This document shows positions 42,903 through 51,595 of a stretch of DNA of 64,000 bases, in pieces. A model generated the notes under the pieces. That model was given only the letters and a program-made list of their open reading frames with translations, was not told the DNA's origin and searched no databases. Numbering within the stretch: position 1 is the first letter of the stretch; every line of letters begins with the position of its first letter. The DNA comes from Myxococcales bacterium. GTDB taxonomy: Bacteria > Myxococcota_A > Polyangia > Polyangiales > DASUME01. The stretch covers positions 3,584,001 through 3,648,000 of the forward strand of contig JASGJH010000001.1 in the NCBI GenBank assembly GCA_047601445.1, read 5' to 3'. Position numbers and translations under genes: made by a program.

Positions 42903-44522
42903 ATGGATGAAAGCCGAGATGCTGGGACTCGCGGGCGAGCAGGACAGAACCGCTTGAATCGAAGAATGTTCGTGCAGAACACGGCCTGCGCCGCCGGTGC
43001 TGCGTTCCTCGCGCAATGCTGGGGCGAGCCCGCAGCGGCGGATGCTCCGCCCCTCCCCCTCGGACCCGCCGAGCCCTTCGACTTCGCGGAACTCGTGAAG
43101 AAGGCGGCGGTCCGAGCCAGTGCCCCCTACGTGCCCGCGCCCAAGCCAGCGCCCGAGATCATGGCGCAGATGATCTACGACCAGCACGAGGCCATCCACT
43201 ACCGCCCTGATCGCGCGCTGTTCGCCGATTCGCCCTACCCGGTGTTTTTCCGCCACCTCGGCAAGCTTTTCCCGAGCACCGTGAAGATGTACGCCCTCGA
43301 TGGCGGCCAGGCGCGCGAGGTGCTCTACGACCCGTCGCTCTTCACCATGCCCAAGGACTCGGTCGCGAAGAAGCTGCCCAAGGACGCCGGCTTCGCTGGC
43401 CTCTCATTCCAGACGGCAGGCAAGTTCGACCCGGTGGACAAGGGCTGGCTGTGCTTCCTTGGAGCATCGTATTTCCGCGGCGTCGGAGAGAACACCGAGA
43501 TGGGCATCTCGGCGCGCGCGGTGGCCGTAAACACGGCGCCTCCCGGCAAGGAAGAGTTCCCCGGCTACGTGGCGTTCTACATCGCTGGCGCCAAGGGCGA
43601 AGGCGACCCCGTGGTGGTGCACGCGCTGCTCGACTCACCGAGCATCTCGGGAGCCTATCGCTTCACCTGTCACCGCAAGAACGGCGTCACCATGGAGGTG
43701 GAGTGCCGCCTCTTCTTGCGCGAGGACATCGACAAGCTCGGCATCGCTCCGCTGACCTCGATGTTCTGGTACGCCGAGTACGGTCGCGGCAATCACATCG
43801 ACTGGCGCCCCGAAGTTCACGACTCCGACGGTCTCCTGCTGTGGACCGGCTCGGGCAAGCGCATCTTTCGCGCGCTCGAGAACTACAAGGAGTTCACCAT
43901 CTCCACGTTCCCTGACAAGAACCCCAAGGGCTTCGGGTTGACCCAGCGCGACCGCGACCAGAACCACTTCCTCGATCCGGTGTACTACGAGCGCCGGCCG
44001 AGCCTGTGGATCGAGCCCATCGGCAACTGGGGCAGCGGCCACGTGGAGCTGGTGGAGATCCCCACCGTCGACGAGTACCACGACAACCTGGTGAGCTACT
44101 GGGTGCCCGCGGCGCCGAGCAAGAAGGGCGCGAAGTTCGAGTTCAACTACCGCATGCACTGGCGCAACGACGAGCCCTACCCGCCGTCCGATCTGGCGCG
44201 CGTGCGAGAGACCTATATCGGTCGTGGCGGCGAGCCAGCCACCCCCGATCCCGTGGGCATCACCAAGTTCGTGGTGGAGTTCCAGGGCAAGCCGCTCGAC
44301 GCTGTGGCCGATCCGAAGCAAGTCGTGGCCAAGCTCAAGACCTCGCTCGGGGAAATCGTTTCTCAGAAGATGCAGCGCGTGCCCAACACCACGCGCTACC
44401 AGATCCACTTCGACGTCAAACCCGGCAAGCCCGGTGTGGCCGAGCTCGAAGCGACGCTGTTCGTGGGCCAAAAGCCGGTCACCGAGACCTGGCGCTATCG
44501 TTTCGTCACAGGGAAAACATGA
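42903..44522 (+). CDS. opgD: Glucan biosynthesis protein OpgD/OpgG family, Tat-exported
   Basis: Tat motif LNRRMFV; FLGASYFR, GISAR, EEFP, APLTSMF, RPEVHDSDG, YERRPSLWIEP. Confidence 0.85.
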   Translation: MDESRDAGTRGRAGQNRLNRRMFVQNTACAAGAAFLAQCWGEPAAADAPPLPLGPAEPFDFAELVKKAAVRASAPYVPAPKPAPEIMAQMIYDQHEAIHYRPDRALFADSPYPVFFRHLGKLFPSTVKMYALDGGQAREVLYDPSLFTMPKDSVAKKLPKDAGFAGLSFQTAGKFDPVDKGWLCFLGASYFRGVGENTEMGISARAVAVNTAPPGKEEFPGYVAFYIAGAKGEGDPVVVHALLDSPSISGAYRFTCHRKNGVTMEVECRLFLREDIDKLGIAPLTSMFWYAEYGRGNHIDWRPEVHDSDGLLLWTGSGKRIFRALENYKEFTISTFPDKNPKGFGLTQRDRDQNHFLDPVYYERRPSLWIEPIGNWGSGHVELVEIPTVDEYHDNLVSYWVPAAPSKKGAKFEFNYRMHWRNDEPYPPSDLARVRETYIGRGGEPATPDPVGITKFVVEFQGKPLDAVADPKQVVAKLKTSLGEIVSQKMQRVPNTTRYQIHFDVKPGKPGVAELEATLFVGQKPVTETWRYRFVTGKT

Positions 44523-46141
44523 GAAGTAGTCATTCGAAGCCCCGCGCTCTGCCGGCGCTGCTCGCCTGCGGCGCATTGCTCGCCGGTTGCAACGGCGCGC
44601 CCCCGAGCCGCCCCAAGTCCCAGGTCGATCATCCCGTGCAGACCAAGCCCGATGCCGGAGCGCAAGCGGTGGTCACCCGCGACAGCTTCACGCCGCCCGA
44701 GCAATTCGCACTGATGGTGGACCGCGCGCGCGAAGAGAGCCGCCACGTGGGCAAGCCCCTCAAGCGCATGGAGCTCCCGCCTTCCCTGCAGAACCTGGAC
44801 TACGAGAAGTACATCACCATCCGCTATCGGCCGGAGAAGAGCCTGTGGCGTAACGAGCCGGGTCACTTCGAGGTGCAGTTCTTCCACGTGGGTTTGCACT
44901 ACTACGAGCCGCTCAAGATGGAGGTGCTCGAGCACGACAAGCTCTCGCTGATCCCGTTCAACCCCGAGTTGTTCTCCTACGACGGCGTGACCCCGCCGCC
45001 CGCCGACGCCGAGCTCGGCTTCGCCGGCTTCCGCATCCACGCGAACCTCAATCGCGCCGACTATCGCGACGAGTTCATCGTATTCCAGGGCGCGAGCTAC
45101 TACCGCACTGTGGCCAAGGGACAGATTTACGGCTTGTCCGGCCGCGGCCTGGCCATCGACACGGGCGAGCCCGGCCCCGAAGAGTTCCCGCGCTTCACGG
45201 AGTTCGTGCTGGTTCGCCCGCAGGCCAACGACACGTTCATGTGGGTGCTGGCGTTCCTGGAGAGCCCGCGCGTCACCGGGGCCTATGCCTTCCGCATCCA
45301 GCCTGGCGATGAGACGCAAATCGAGGTCACCGCGCGCGTTTTCCCACGCAGTCCCATCAAGGTGCTCGGTGTGGCGCCCCTCACCAGCATGTTCCTGTAC
45401 GGAGAAGAGTCGCCGCCCAATCGCTTCGGCGGAGATCATCCGAACCTCAAGCGTCCCGAGGCACACGACTCCGACAGCTTGGTCAGCTGGAGCGGCCAGG
45501 GCGAATGGTTGGTGCGCCCTCTGCGCAACCCGCCGAAGACCCAGGTCTCCACGTTTCGCCTGGATTCTCCGCGCGGCTTCGGCTTGATCCAGCGCGACCG
45601 CAGACCCGAGAGCTACAACGACCCGGAGTACGCCTACGAGCGCCGTCCGAGCGCCTGGATCGAGCCCCTCGACAACTGGGGCCCGGGTTCACTGCGCTTG
45701 CTCGAGATCGGCACTCAGCTCGAGAGCGACGACAACATCGGCGCCATGTGGGTGCCTGACGCGATCGCACCCGAGGCCGATGGCCTGAACCTGCACTACC
45801 GCGTGCACATCGGCATGGGCCTACCCACGGGGCTCGGGCCGGCTTCCCAGGCGCTCGACACGCGCTTCAAAGATCTCGGCGGCGGGCGCACGCGCTTCGA
45901 GGTGGAGTTCGCGGGGGCGGCCCTCACGGATGCCAATCCCCAGCACCCACTCGAGGCCATCGTGAGCGCCCATGGCGGCAAGATCACCTCCCAGCGCGTC
46001 GACCAGGACGCCAGCAACGGGCGCGCGAAACTCACCTTCGAGGTGAAGCGCGACGGCGCGGGCGCCGTGGATTTGCGCGCGTTCTTGCGCTCGGGTCCCG
46101 ACGCGTCGAGCGAGACGTGGGTCTATCTGCTGAGCGACTGA
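44519..46141 (+). CDS. opgG: Second OpgG/OpgD-family protein, predicted lipoprotein
   Basis: Lipobox LAGC; FQGASYYR, YGLSGRGLAIDT, APLTSMFLYGE, RPEAHDSD; ATGA overlap. The family is secure; G versus D is uncertain. Confidence 0.8.
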   Translation: MRSSHSKPRALPALLACGALLAGCNGAPPSRPKSQVDHPVQTKPDAGAQAVVTRDSFTPPEQFALMVDRAREESRHVGKPLKRMELPPSLQNLDYEKYITIRYRPEKSLWRNEPGHFEVQFFHVGLHYYEPLKMEVLEHDKLSLIPFNPELFSYDGVTPPPADAELGFAGFRIHANLNRADYRDEFIVFQGASYYRTVAKGQIYGLSGRGLAIDTGEPGPEEFPRFTEFVLVRPQANDTFMWVLAFLESPRVTGAYAFRIQPGDETQIEVTARVFPRSPIKVLGVAPLTSMFLYGEESPPNRFGGDHPNLKRPEAHDSDSLVSWSGQGEWLVRPLRNPPKTQVSTFRLDSPRGFGLIQRDRRPESYNDPEYAYERRPSAWIEPLDNWGPGSLRLLEIGTQLESDDNIGAMWVPDAIAPEADGLNLHYRVHIGMGLPTGLGPASQALDTRFKDLGGGRTRFEVEFAGAALTDANPQHPLEAIVSAHGGKITSQRVDQDASNGRAKLTFEVKRDGAGAVDLRAFLRSGPDASSETWVYLLSD

Positions 46142-46168
46142 CAACGTTCGCCGCTCAGCCCCGTGCCA

Positions 46169-46229
46169 GCCTTGCACCAGCAAGGCGCGCCCGTGCCCGT
46201 GCCCGACGGCGTGCTCAGGCACGGGCACG
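46169..46229. terminator. Two hairpins between convergent genes
   Basis: GCCTTGC-acca-GCAAGGC, and a 12-bp inverted repeat CGTGCCCGTGCC/GGCACGGGCACG; no U-tract. Confidence 0.45.
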
Positions 46230-46260
46230 AGAGCAGGCGACGGAACAAGCCAGCCGCTTG

Positions 46261-47379
46261 CTAGGCGTACTCGTTCACCCACCGATCGATCTCGATGCGC
46301 GCCATCACGAGGTTGGTCTCGTCGGGGTCGAAGAGCAGCAAGGCAAAGCAACGCGGCCGCTTGGGCAAGGGCTTGATCAGCTCGCAGCACGACTGCGTGG
46401 AGACGACTAGCTCCATGAGCTCGGCATCTGCCTGGGAAGCTGCGAGCGTGACGTACTCCTGGCGCAACACGCTGGCAGCGCTCTCTGCCCACTGGCTCAT
46501 GTCGATGGGCGGCTTGGATTCGCAGGCGAGGGTTAGTCCGGTCTCCGCGTCCACCAGGGCCAGCCCCAGGGAGCCGGGGAACAAGGTCATGGTCTTGGGC
46601 AAGCGCGCCAGGAAGCTCGGCAGACGTGGCACCGGCGGCAGCTCCGACTTGAGCGGCACCAACGACTCCTGCAGGCGCTTGAACGACATCTCCTCGCCAT
46701 CGAACTCCACCGGCACGTTGCGTCCTGCCTCGTCGCGATACTGCAGCGCCGACATCAACACATGACTGATCGGTCTGTGGATGGTGCGCTCGGGTGCGAA
46801 GCAGCCATGCTCCACATACACGTCGCCGGTCAGCCAGCCGATGATGACGTAGGCCGCGGTGTCGGCGGTCAAGCCGTCGAAGCGAGCTTCGAGGAGCTCC
46901 CCGCGCATCACGAACATGGTTCCGGTGCGACCTGCACTCTCGATCCGTAGGCTGCAGGTCTTGCGCTCGATCTCGAGCAGCTGCAGGAACGCGGGAATGT
47001 TCATGTTGTGCAACGAGCCGTAACAGGTCTCCGCCAAGCCGCTGGTGAGCTGCACCAGCATATCGGTGGCATCGAACGGCTCGACCATACATGCGATCAC
47101 GCCGAGGCGCGCGGCGCGCTGCCTGAGCTCGGGAGTGTCCTCCGGCAGCAGCACGAAGCGCCCCAACCGCGGCTGCTCCTTCTGGAGCCACTCGAGCAGC
47201 CTCCAGGCTTCGGCCAGCTGGACGTCCACGAAGGCCGCCTCGAAGGGCTTGCTCTTGAGCTCCTCCATGGCCCGCCCGTGGCTGTTCACGAGGACCGTCT
47301 CGAAGTCCATGTGAAAGGCAGAAAGGACCTGCGTAAGGACGCCTCCCTTGCCTGGCTCGATCGTTAGAATTCGGATCAC
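46261..47379 (-). CDS. Atypical receiver + DUF4388 + roadblock-like domain protein
   Basis: REC fold (FVDVQ; EPF instead of KPF), GSLHNMNIPAFLQLLEIERKTCSLRI...GELLEA, C-terminal GSLGLALVDAETGLTL...MELVVSTQSCCELIKPL...NLVMAR. Confidence 0.8.
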   Translation of the reverse strand: MIRILTIEPGKGGVLTQVLSAFHMDFETVLVNSHGRAMEELKSKPFEAAFVDVQLAEAWRLLEWLQKEQPRLGRFVLLPEDTPELRQRAARLGVIACMVEPFDATDMLVQLTSGLAETCYGSLHNMNIPAFLQLLEIERKTCSLRIESAGRTGTMFVMRGELLEARFDGLTADTAAYVIIGWLTGDVYVEHGCFAPERTIHRPISHVLMSALQYRDEAGRNVPVEFDGEEMSFKRLQESLVPLKSELPPVPRLPSFLARLPKTMTLFPGSLGLALVDAETGLTLACESKPPIDMSQWAESAASVLRQEYVTLAASQADAELMELVVSTQSCCELIKPLPKRPRCFALLLFDPDETNLVMARIEIDRWVNEYA

Positions 47380-48239
47380 GACCGCACCTGCGCGTTGGTT
47401 GAGGAGTCATGCGTGCGCGCGCGCTTGGCGAGCTGGCTCAGCAAGAGCGTGGAGGCCGGACGACTCGAACAGACAGCTGCGTAACTGACGCGACTGTCGC
47501 GCCAGGTCACGATGGCAGTGTTGCTGCACCAGGTGGCCGAAGCCACCGACGTGCCCGGCTCGAAGAACGTGGTGACGTCGAACAACCGGGTCGACCAACT
47601 GCCGATCTCCAGGGCCTCGGCCACGCGCAACTCACAGGCAGGGTCCACCGCCAGGACCATCGGAATGCCGAGCTGCTCGTGCCGCGAGAAGGCAAAGCCC
47701 GTGGCACCCGCGACCAACGTCTGCTGTAGCCGCTCGTGCGCGGAGGCGGCAACCTCGGGCTGTTGGCTTGCTGCCACGGAAGCCAGAAGCTCCACCGCCT
47801 GGAACACGAAGCGGGCGTCATAGCCGGTCTTGGTATGCGGCAAGAACCCCGTGGGGCGACGTCGAGCCCGCGCGATGCGCCCTACCGCTTCGCCGGTATG
47901 GGCCGAAAGCGCTCGACGCAGTTGCCCCTCCGACAGCAGACCACTCGAGACCAGCGCCTCCCCGATGGGTTTGCCGCCCTCCTTGCACTGGCGGAACAAG
48001 TCTTCCATCGCGGTGCGCGGCAGCGGAGGGTTCTTTTGCTGGCACAGGATGTCCGTGAGTCGCTTGTGCATGTTGGCAGCGACGGCCCAGCAGATGCGCC
48101 GGTTCTGCAGCAGGATCACGCCGTCGTCGCCGAACGACAGCACGCCAGTGGCGGTCGCCGGCATGCTCTCGATGTGCTCGAGCAGCTCCACGGCGGCAGG
48201 GAGCGTTGCGATCTCGGCTTGAGCAAGCTCGACGGACAT
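47376..48239 (-). CDS. Hypothetical protein: DUF4388-like N-terminus, MshEN-like motif, possible roadblock-like C-terminus
   Basis: TGVLSFGDDGVILLQNRRICWA, KPIGEALVSSGLLSEGQLRRAL; translationally coupled within the operon. Confidence 0.65.
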   Translation of the reverse strand: MSVELAQAEIATLPAAVELLEHIESMPATATGVLSFGDDGVILLQNRRICWAVAANMHKRLTDILCQQKNPPLPRTAMEDLFRQCKEGGKPIGEALVSSGLLSEGQLRRALSAHTGEAVGRIARARRRPTGFLPHTKTGYDARFVFQAVELLASVAASQQPEVAASAHERLQQTLVAGATGFAFSRHEQLGIPMVLAVDPACELRVAEALEIGSWSTRLFDVTTFFEPGTSVASATWCSNTAIVTWRDSRVSYAAVCSSRPASTLLLSQLAKRARTHDSSTNAQVRS

Positions 48240-48243
48240 CAGC

Positions 48244-48648
48244 TCAAGCCCTCCCGCTTGGATCACGCGCCGATCCGCGTGCCCCTGCCAGCTCGAGCAT
48301 GCGTCGGCGCACGCCCGAGAGCACCAGCCCGACATTGGGAACGCCCGAGGCGATGGCCACCAAAGCGACGTCTTGCTCGTTGGGCAATCGCTCCATCACG
48401 CGCACGGAGCCAGCCGACACCAGCACGATCTCCCGAAACTCCTTGCCCCCTTCGCTCCCGAAGCGCGCGAACAAAGCTGCCCAATCGGCACTCTGCGCCA
48501 CGCCGAACAACTCCGGGGACGCATTGGCCGTGTCGGAGAGGGTCGATACAGGGCTGCCATCGTCCGCCAGCACGCGCAGCACGATACCCGTGCGCAGGCA
48601 CACCAGCGCGAAAGCGATCTCTTCCACCTGCTGCTCGCTCGTATTCAT
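48244..48648 (-). CDS. Divergent roadblock/LC7 (MglB-like) protein
   Basis: AFALVCLRTGIVL...FREIVLVSAGSVRVMERL...VALVAIA...NVGLVLSGVRR pattern. Confidence 0.65.
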   Translation of the reverse strand: MNTSEQQVEEIAFALVCLRTGIVLRVLADDGSPVSTLSDTANASPELFGVAQSADWAALFARFGSEGGKEFREIVLVSAGSVRVMERLPNEQDVALVAIASGVPNVGLVLSGVRRRMLELAGARGSARDPSGRA

Positions 48649-49319
48649 GAGCTCGGCCCCCCGCGCGGCGGCTTGCTGCGCGGGGCGTGCAAGGTCGCCC
48701 AGTCGCGCTGCTCGCGCTCTTCGATGCGTTGCAACAGCTCCAGCATCAGCGTGTGGAAGGGCCGATGGATGGTGCGCGGCACGTCGCGCGTTGGAATGCG
48801 GGAAAGACGTGCATGCCCCGCCGCCAGCACTTCGGCCAAGGCTCCCTCCCCTTGCATGTCGCCCAGTTGGGCGTGAATCAGCTCACCAGCCTCGAGGTAG
48901 AGCTCGGCGTCGCCCACCACGAAGCCCACGCTCTGGGCCTCCGTGTGAGCGCGCCGCAGGACATCCACGAGCAGCATCGGCTCCGAACCGAGCGAGCCCA
49001 ATGTCTCGCGCAAGGTGGTGAGGAGCTGCGCGCTGGTGAAGGGCTTGCGCAGCAGGAGGCCCCGGCCGAACAAGCGATGGCGCCCCTCGTGCTCCATGAA
49101 CGAGGTCGTCAAGATGAGCGGGAGCTTGGCAAAGGCCGTGAGGTCCGCCGGATCGAGCGAGTCCGAGTCGAGCACGGCCACGTCGAACCCGTGCGCTTCG
49201 ACCTCCGCTCTCGCGACCTCGATGCACTGGGAGCCCACCACGTCCACACCGTAGTGGCGCAGCGTCCGGCTCACCGCGGCGATCAAGCGGGTGTCGAGAT
49301 CGAGCATCAAGAGCCTCAT
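48645..49319 (-). CDS. Response regulator (REC) + DUF4388 domain
   Basis: DVAVLDS, LILTTS, LRKPF; then LYLEAGELIHAQLGDMQGEGAL, RTIHRPFHTLMLE; ATGA overlaps at both ends. Confidence 0.8.
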   Translation of the reverse strand: MRLLMLDLDTRLIAAVSRTLRHYGVDVVGSQCIEVARAEVEAHGFDVAVLDSDSLDPADLTAFAKLPLILTTSFMEHEGRHRLFGRGLLLRKPFTSAQLLTTLRETLGSLGSEPMLLVDVLRRAHTEAQSVGFVVGDAELYLEAGELIHAQLGDMQGEGALAEVLAAGHARLSRIPTRDVPRTIHRPFHTLMLELLQRIEEREQRDWATLHAPRSKPPRGGPSS

Positions 49320-50335
49320 CGGGGACCGTCCGAGCGCGGCAAGAACACGGCGAAGGCACTCCCGCGCGGGTCCGCCTCCAGTAGCAGGCGTCCGCCCTGA
49401 TTTTCGGCAGCTGCACGAGCCTCGGCCAGCGCGATCTGACTCGAAAGCAACTCGCGGGGAGCCGTGGCCTCGAGCAGCCCGTCCCAGGCGCGCGACGAGA
49501 GGGCCGGCCCGTCGTCGCACACGCGGAGGTACAGGTGTGACCCGGGATGACTCGAAGAGAGGCTCGAACTGATGGTGACCTGACATGGCACCGCCGCGCG
49601 CTCCGCCGAGTGGAGCAGCAGGTTGACGAAGATCTGCTCGATCACGATGGGATTGCCGCGCACCCAGGCCGACTCGGGGTGCAGTTCGATGCGCACCCGA
49701 TGTAGACCGTCGCGGTAGAGCGAGTTGAGCAGACTTTGCGCCCGGTTCACCACCTCGAACAACGACACCGGCACCGAGATTGGCGGTCCCAGACGCGCAT
49801 AGTCGAGCAGACCATCCAACGTGAGCTGCAACCGGCGACTCGCATCGCAGATGTCCTTCACCGTCTCGCGCAGGCTCTCGTACACCATGCTGCGGCCGCT
49901 CGAGTCGAGGAAGTCTGCGCTATAGACGATGCTGGCGACCGAGCTGCGGAGCTCGTGGGCCACGCTGGCCACGAGTCGGTGGGTAGACTCGAGGCGCGGT
50001 TGGTGCGCCGGCAGAGCGGACACGGGATGGCCTGCAATCTCCCGCAGCAAGAGCATGTATCCGCCGCCCTCGACCGCGTAGCGCGTGCACCCGAGGTGAC
50101 TCTGCGCCTCCCGCTCCGGGCTCCACGCGACGTAGTCTCCGGTAGCCGTCTGCTCGAGCAAACGCCAGAGCTCTCCCGGCAGCTGCAGGGGCTCGTGATC
50201 ACCGAGCACGCGCGCGAGGAGCGCCAGCGCGGGCGGCGTCGCAGACTGTAGGGAGCCGTCGCCCGAGCAGAAGGCCACCGGTGCCGGCATGCCCTCCGAG
50301 AGCAGCAGACACCGTGCGCACTCTGAACGCGTCAT
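49316..50335 (-). CDS. PAS-like histidine kinase with degenerate ATP-binding domain; start uncertain
   Basis: H-box VAHELRSSV; N-box EQIFVNLLLHS; DDGP; no G2 box. ATG 50335 chosen because the sigma-54 promoter overlaps the longer ORF start. Confidence 0.8.
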   Translation of the reverse strand: MTRSECARCLLLSEGMPAPVAFCSGDGSLQSATPPALALLARVLGDHEPLQLPGELWRLLEQTATGDYVAWSPEREAQSHLGCTRYAVEGGGYMLLLREIAGHPVSALPAHQPRLESTHRLVASVAHELRSSVASIVYSADFLDSSGRSMVYESLRETVKDICDASRRLQLTLDGLLDYARLGPPISVPVSLFEVVNRAQSLLNSLYRDGLHRVRIELHPESAWVRGNPIVIEQIFVNLLLHSAERAAVPCQVTISSSLSSSHPGSHLYLRVCDDGPALSSRAWDGLLEATAPRELLSSQIALAEARAAAENQGGRLLLEADPRGSAFAVFLPRSDGPR

Positions 50336-50364
50336 CGCCTGGGTCGAGTCCACCGAACGCCAAC

Positions 50365-50382
50365 TTGCAAGCGACAAGCCAC
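50365..50382 (-). promoter_or_regulatory. Sigma-54 (-24/-12) promoter of the leftward operon
   Basis: Minus strand TGGCTTGTCGCTTGCA, exact GG-N10-GC spacing. Confidence 0.7.
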
Positions 50383-50498
50383 GCTCGCGTCGTGTTGTCT
50401 CGCGCGCTCCTCACGCACCGTTCTGCGCGTCTGCGCCGGCGAACGCGTGAGCTCTTCCTTCTAGCGCGCCACCGCAGGCCCGCCGTGGAGCCCGCCGC

Positions 50499-50550
50499 AG
50501 TCGGAATCCGCCATGGCGGGCCCTGCCGTCCGGCGTGTCGCATTCCGCCA
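50499..50550. promoter_or_regulatory. Candidate enhancer (UAS) pair for a sigma-54 activator
   Basis: AGTCGGAATCCGCCA (50499-50513) and TGTCGCATTCCGCCA (50536-50550), fitting TGNCG-N5-CGNCA. Confidence 0.55.
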
Positions 50551-50622
50551 TGTACGAAAGTCTAATCTCGTGTGTTTAGCGCGATATTCACGGGTTTTTG
50601 CAAGATCGCCACGCTGCACATT

Positions 50623-50640
50623 TTGGCCTCACGCTTGCAT
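50623..50640 (+). promoter_or_regulatory. Sigma-54 (-24/-12) promoter of the roadblock-roadblock-GTPase operon
   Basis: TTGGCCTCACGCTTGCAT, exact GG-N10-GC spacing, ~95 nt upstream of GTG 50735. Confidence 0.75.
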
Positions 50641-50734
50641 TGACTGGCGTTCGCAAAGGCTAGACGGCGTATCCGCATCGGTTGCGGTGACGAGCGAGCT
50701 GGCATCCAACGAGTCGGATCGATACGGAGGCACT

Positions 50735-51097
50735 GTGGCAAACATCAAGGAATCCCTCACTAGGATCATGCAGCTCGACGGTGCTGTAGGTTGCTGCATC
50801 GTGGACAGCAACAGCGGCATGATGCTCGGCGCGGACGGCGGCGGGAGCATGAACCTCGAGGTCGCGGCAGCTGGCAACACCGAGGTGGTGCGCGCCAAGC
50901 GTAAGACGATGCGCTCCTTGAACCTCAAGGACAACATCGAGGACATCCTCATCACGCTCCACAATCAGTATCACCTGATCCGCCCGCTCACGTCGAACGA
51001 CGCGCTCTTCATCTACCTCGTGCTCGACAAGCAGAAGGGCAACCTCGCCATGTCGCGCCACCAGTTGGGAGCCATCGAACGCGACCTGTCCGTCTGA
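50735..51097 (+). CDS. Roadblock/LC7-domain protein
   Basis: IMQLDGAVGCCIVDSNSGMMLG, AAAGNTEVVRAK, IEDILITL, YHLIRP, FIYLVLD, NLAMSR; GGAGG RBS. Confidence 0.88.
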   Translation: MANIKESLTRIMQLDGAVGCCIVDSNSGMMLGADGGGSMNLEVAAAGNTEVVRAKRKTMRSLNLKDNIEDILITLHNQYHLIRPLTSNDALFIYLVLDKQKGNLAMSRHQLGAIERDLSV

Positions 51098-51128
51098 ACC
51101 AATCTTCGACCTCGAAAGGATCAAACTC

Positions 51129-51497
51129 ATGCCCAGCGAAAAGCAGCTCTCCGAAGTTCTCGAACGGATTCAAGGCGACGCCAACGGCTTCATCGCAGCC
51201 TCCCTGGTGGATCTGGACTCGGGTATGACCCTGGCGGTCAAGTCCCTGCGTTCGGACTTCGACCTCACGGCGGCCAGCGCCTACAACAGCGAGCTCGTGA
51301 AGCAGAAGCTCAAGATCATGCGCACCCTGGGGCTCACGGGCGGCATCGAGGACATGCTCATCTCGCTCACCGATCAGATCCACTTGGTGAAGCTGGTGGG
51401 TCCGAACACCTTCCTCTACCTCGCCGTGGACAAGAAGCAGAGCAACATCGCCATCGTACGCACGGCGGTGAACAAGCACGTTTCTGCTCTCGGCTGA
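51129..51497 (+). CDS. Roadblock/LC7-domain protein (paralogue)
   Basis: GFIAASLVDLDSGMTL, ASAYNSELVKQK, IEDMLISL, FLYLAVD, NIAIVR. Confidence 0.88.
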   Translation: MPSEKQLSEVLERIQGDANGFIAASLVDLDSGMTLAVKSLRSDFDLTAASAYNSELVKQKLKIMRTLGLTGGIEDMLISLTDQIHLVKLVGPNTFLYLAVDKKQSNIAIVRTAVNKHVSALG

Positions 51498-51595
51498 AGC
51501 GCGCCGCGCAGCGTGACCCGCCGCTCTCGGCCGCTTTTCCGGGGGGGAAGAGTATGCCGAGGGCGGCGCAGGCTTTTAACCGCCCAGGAACGGAT

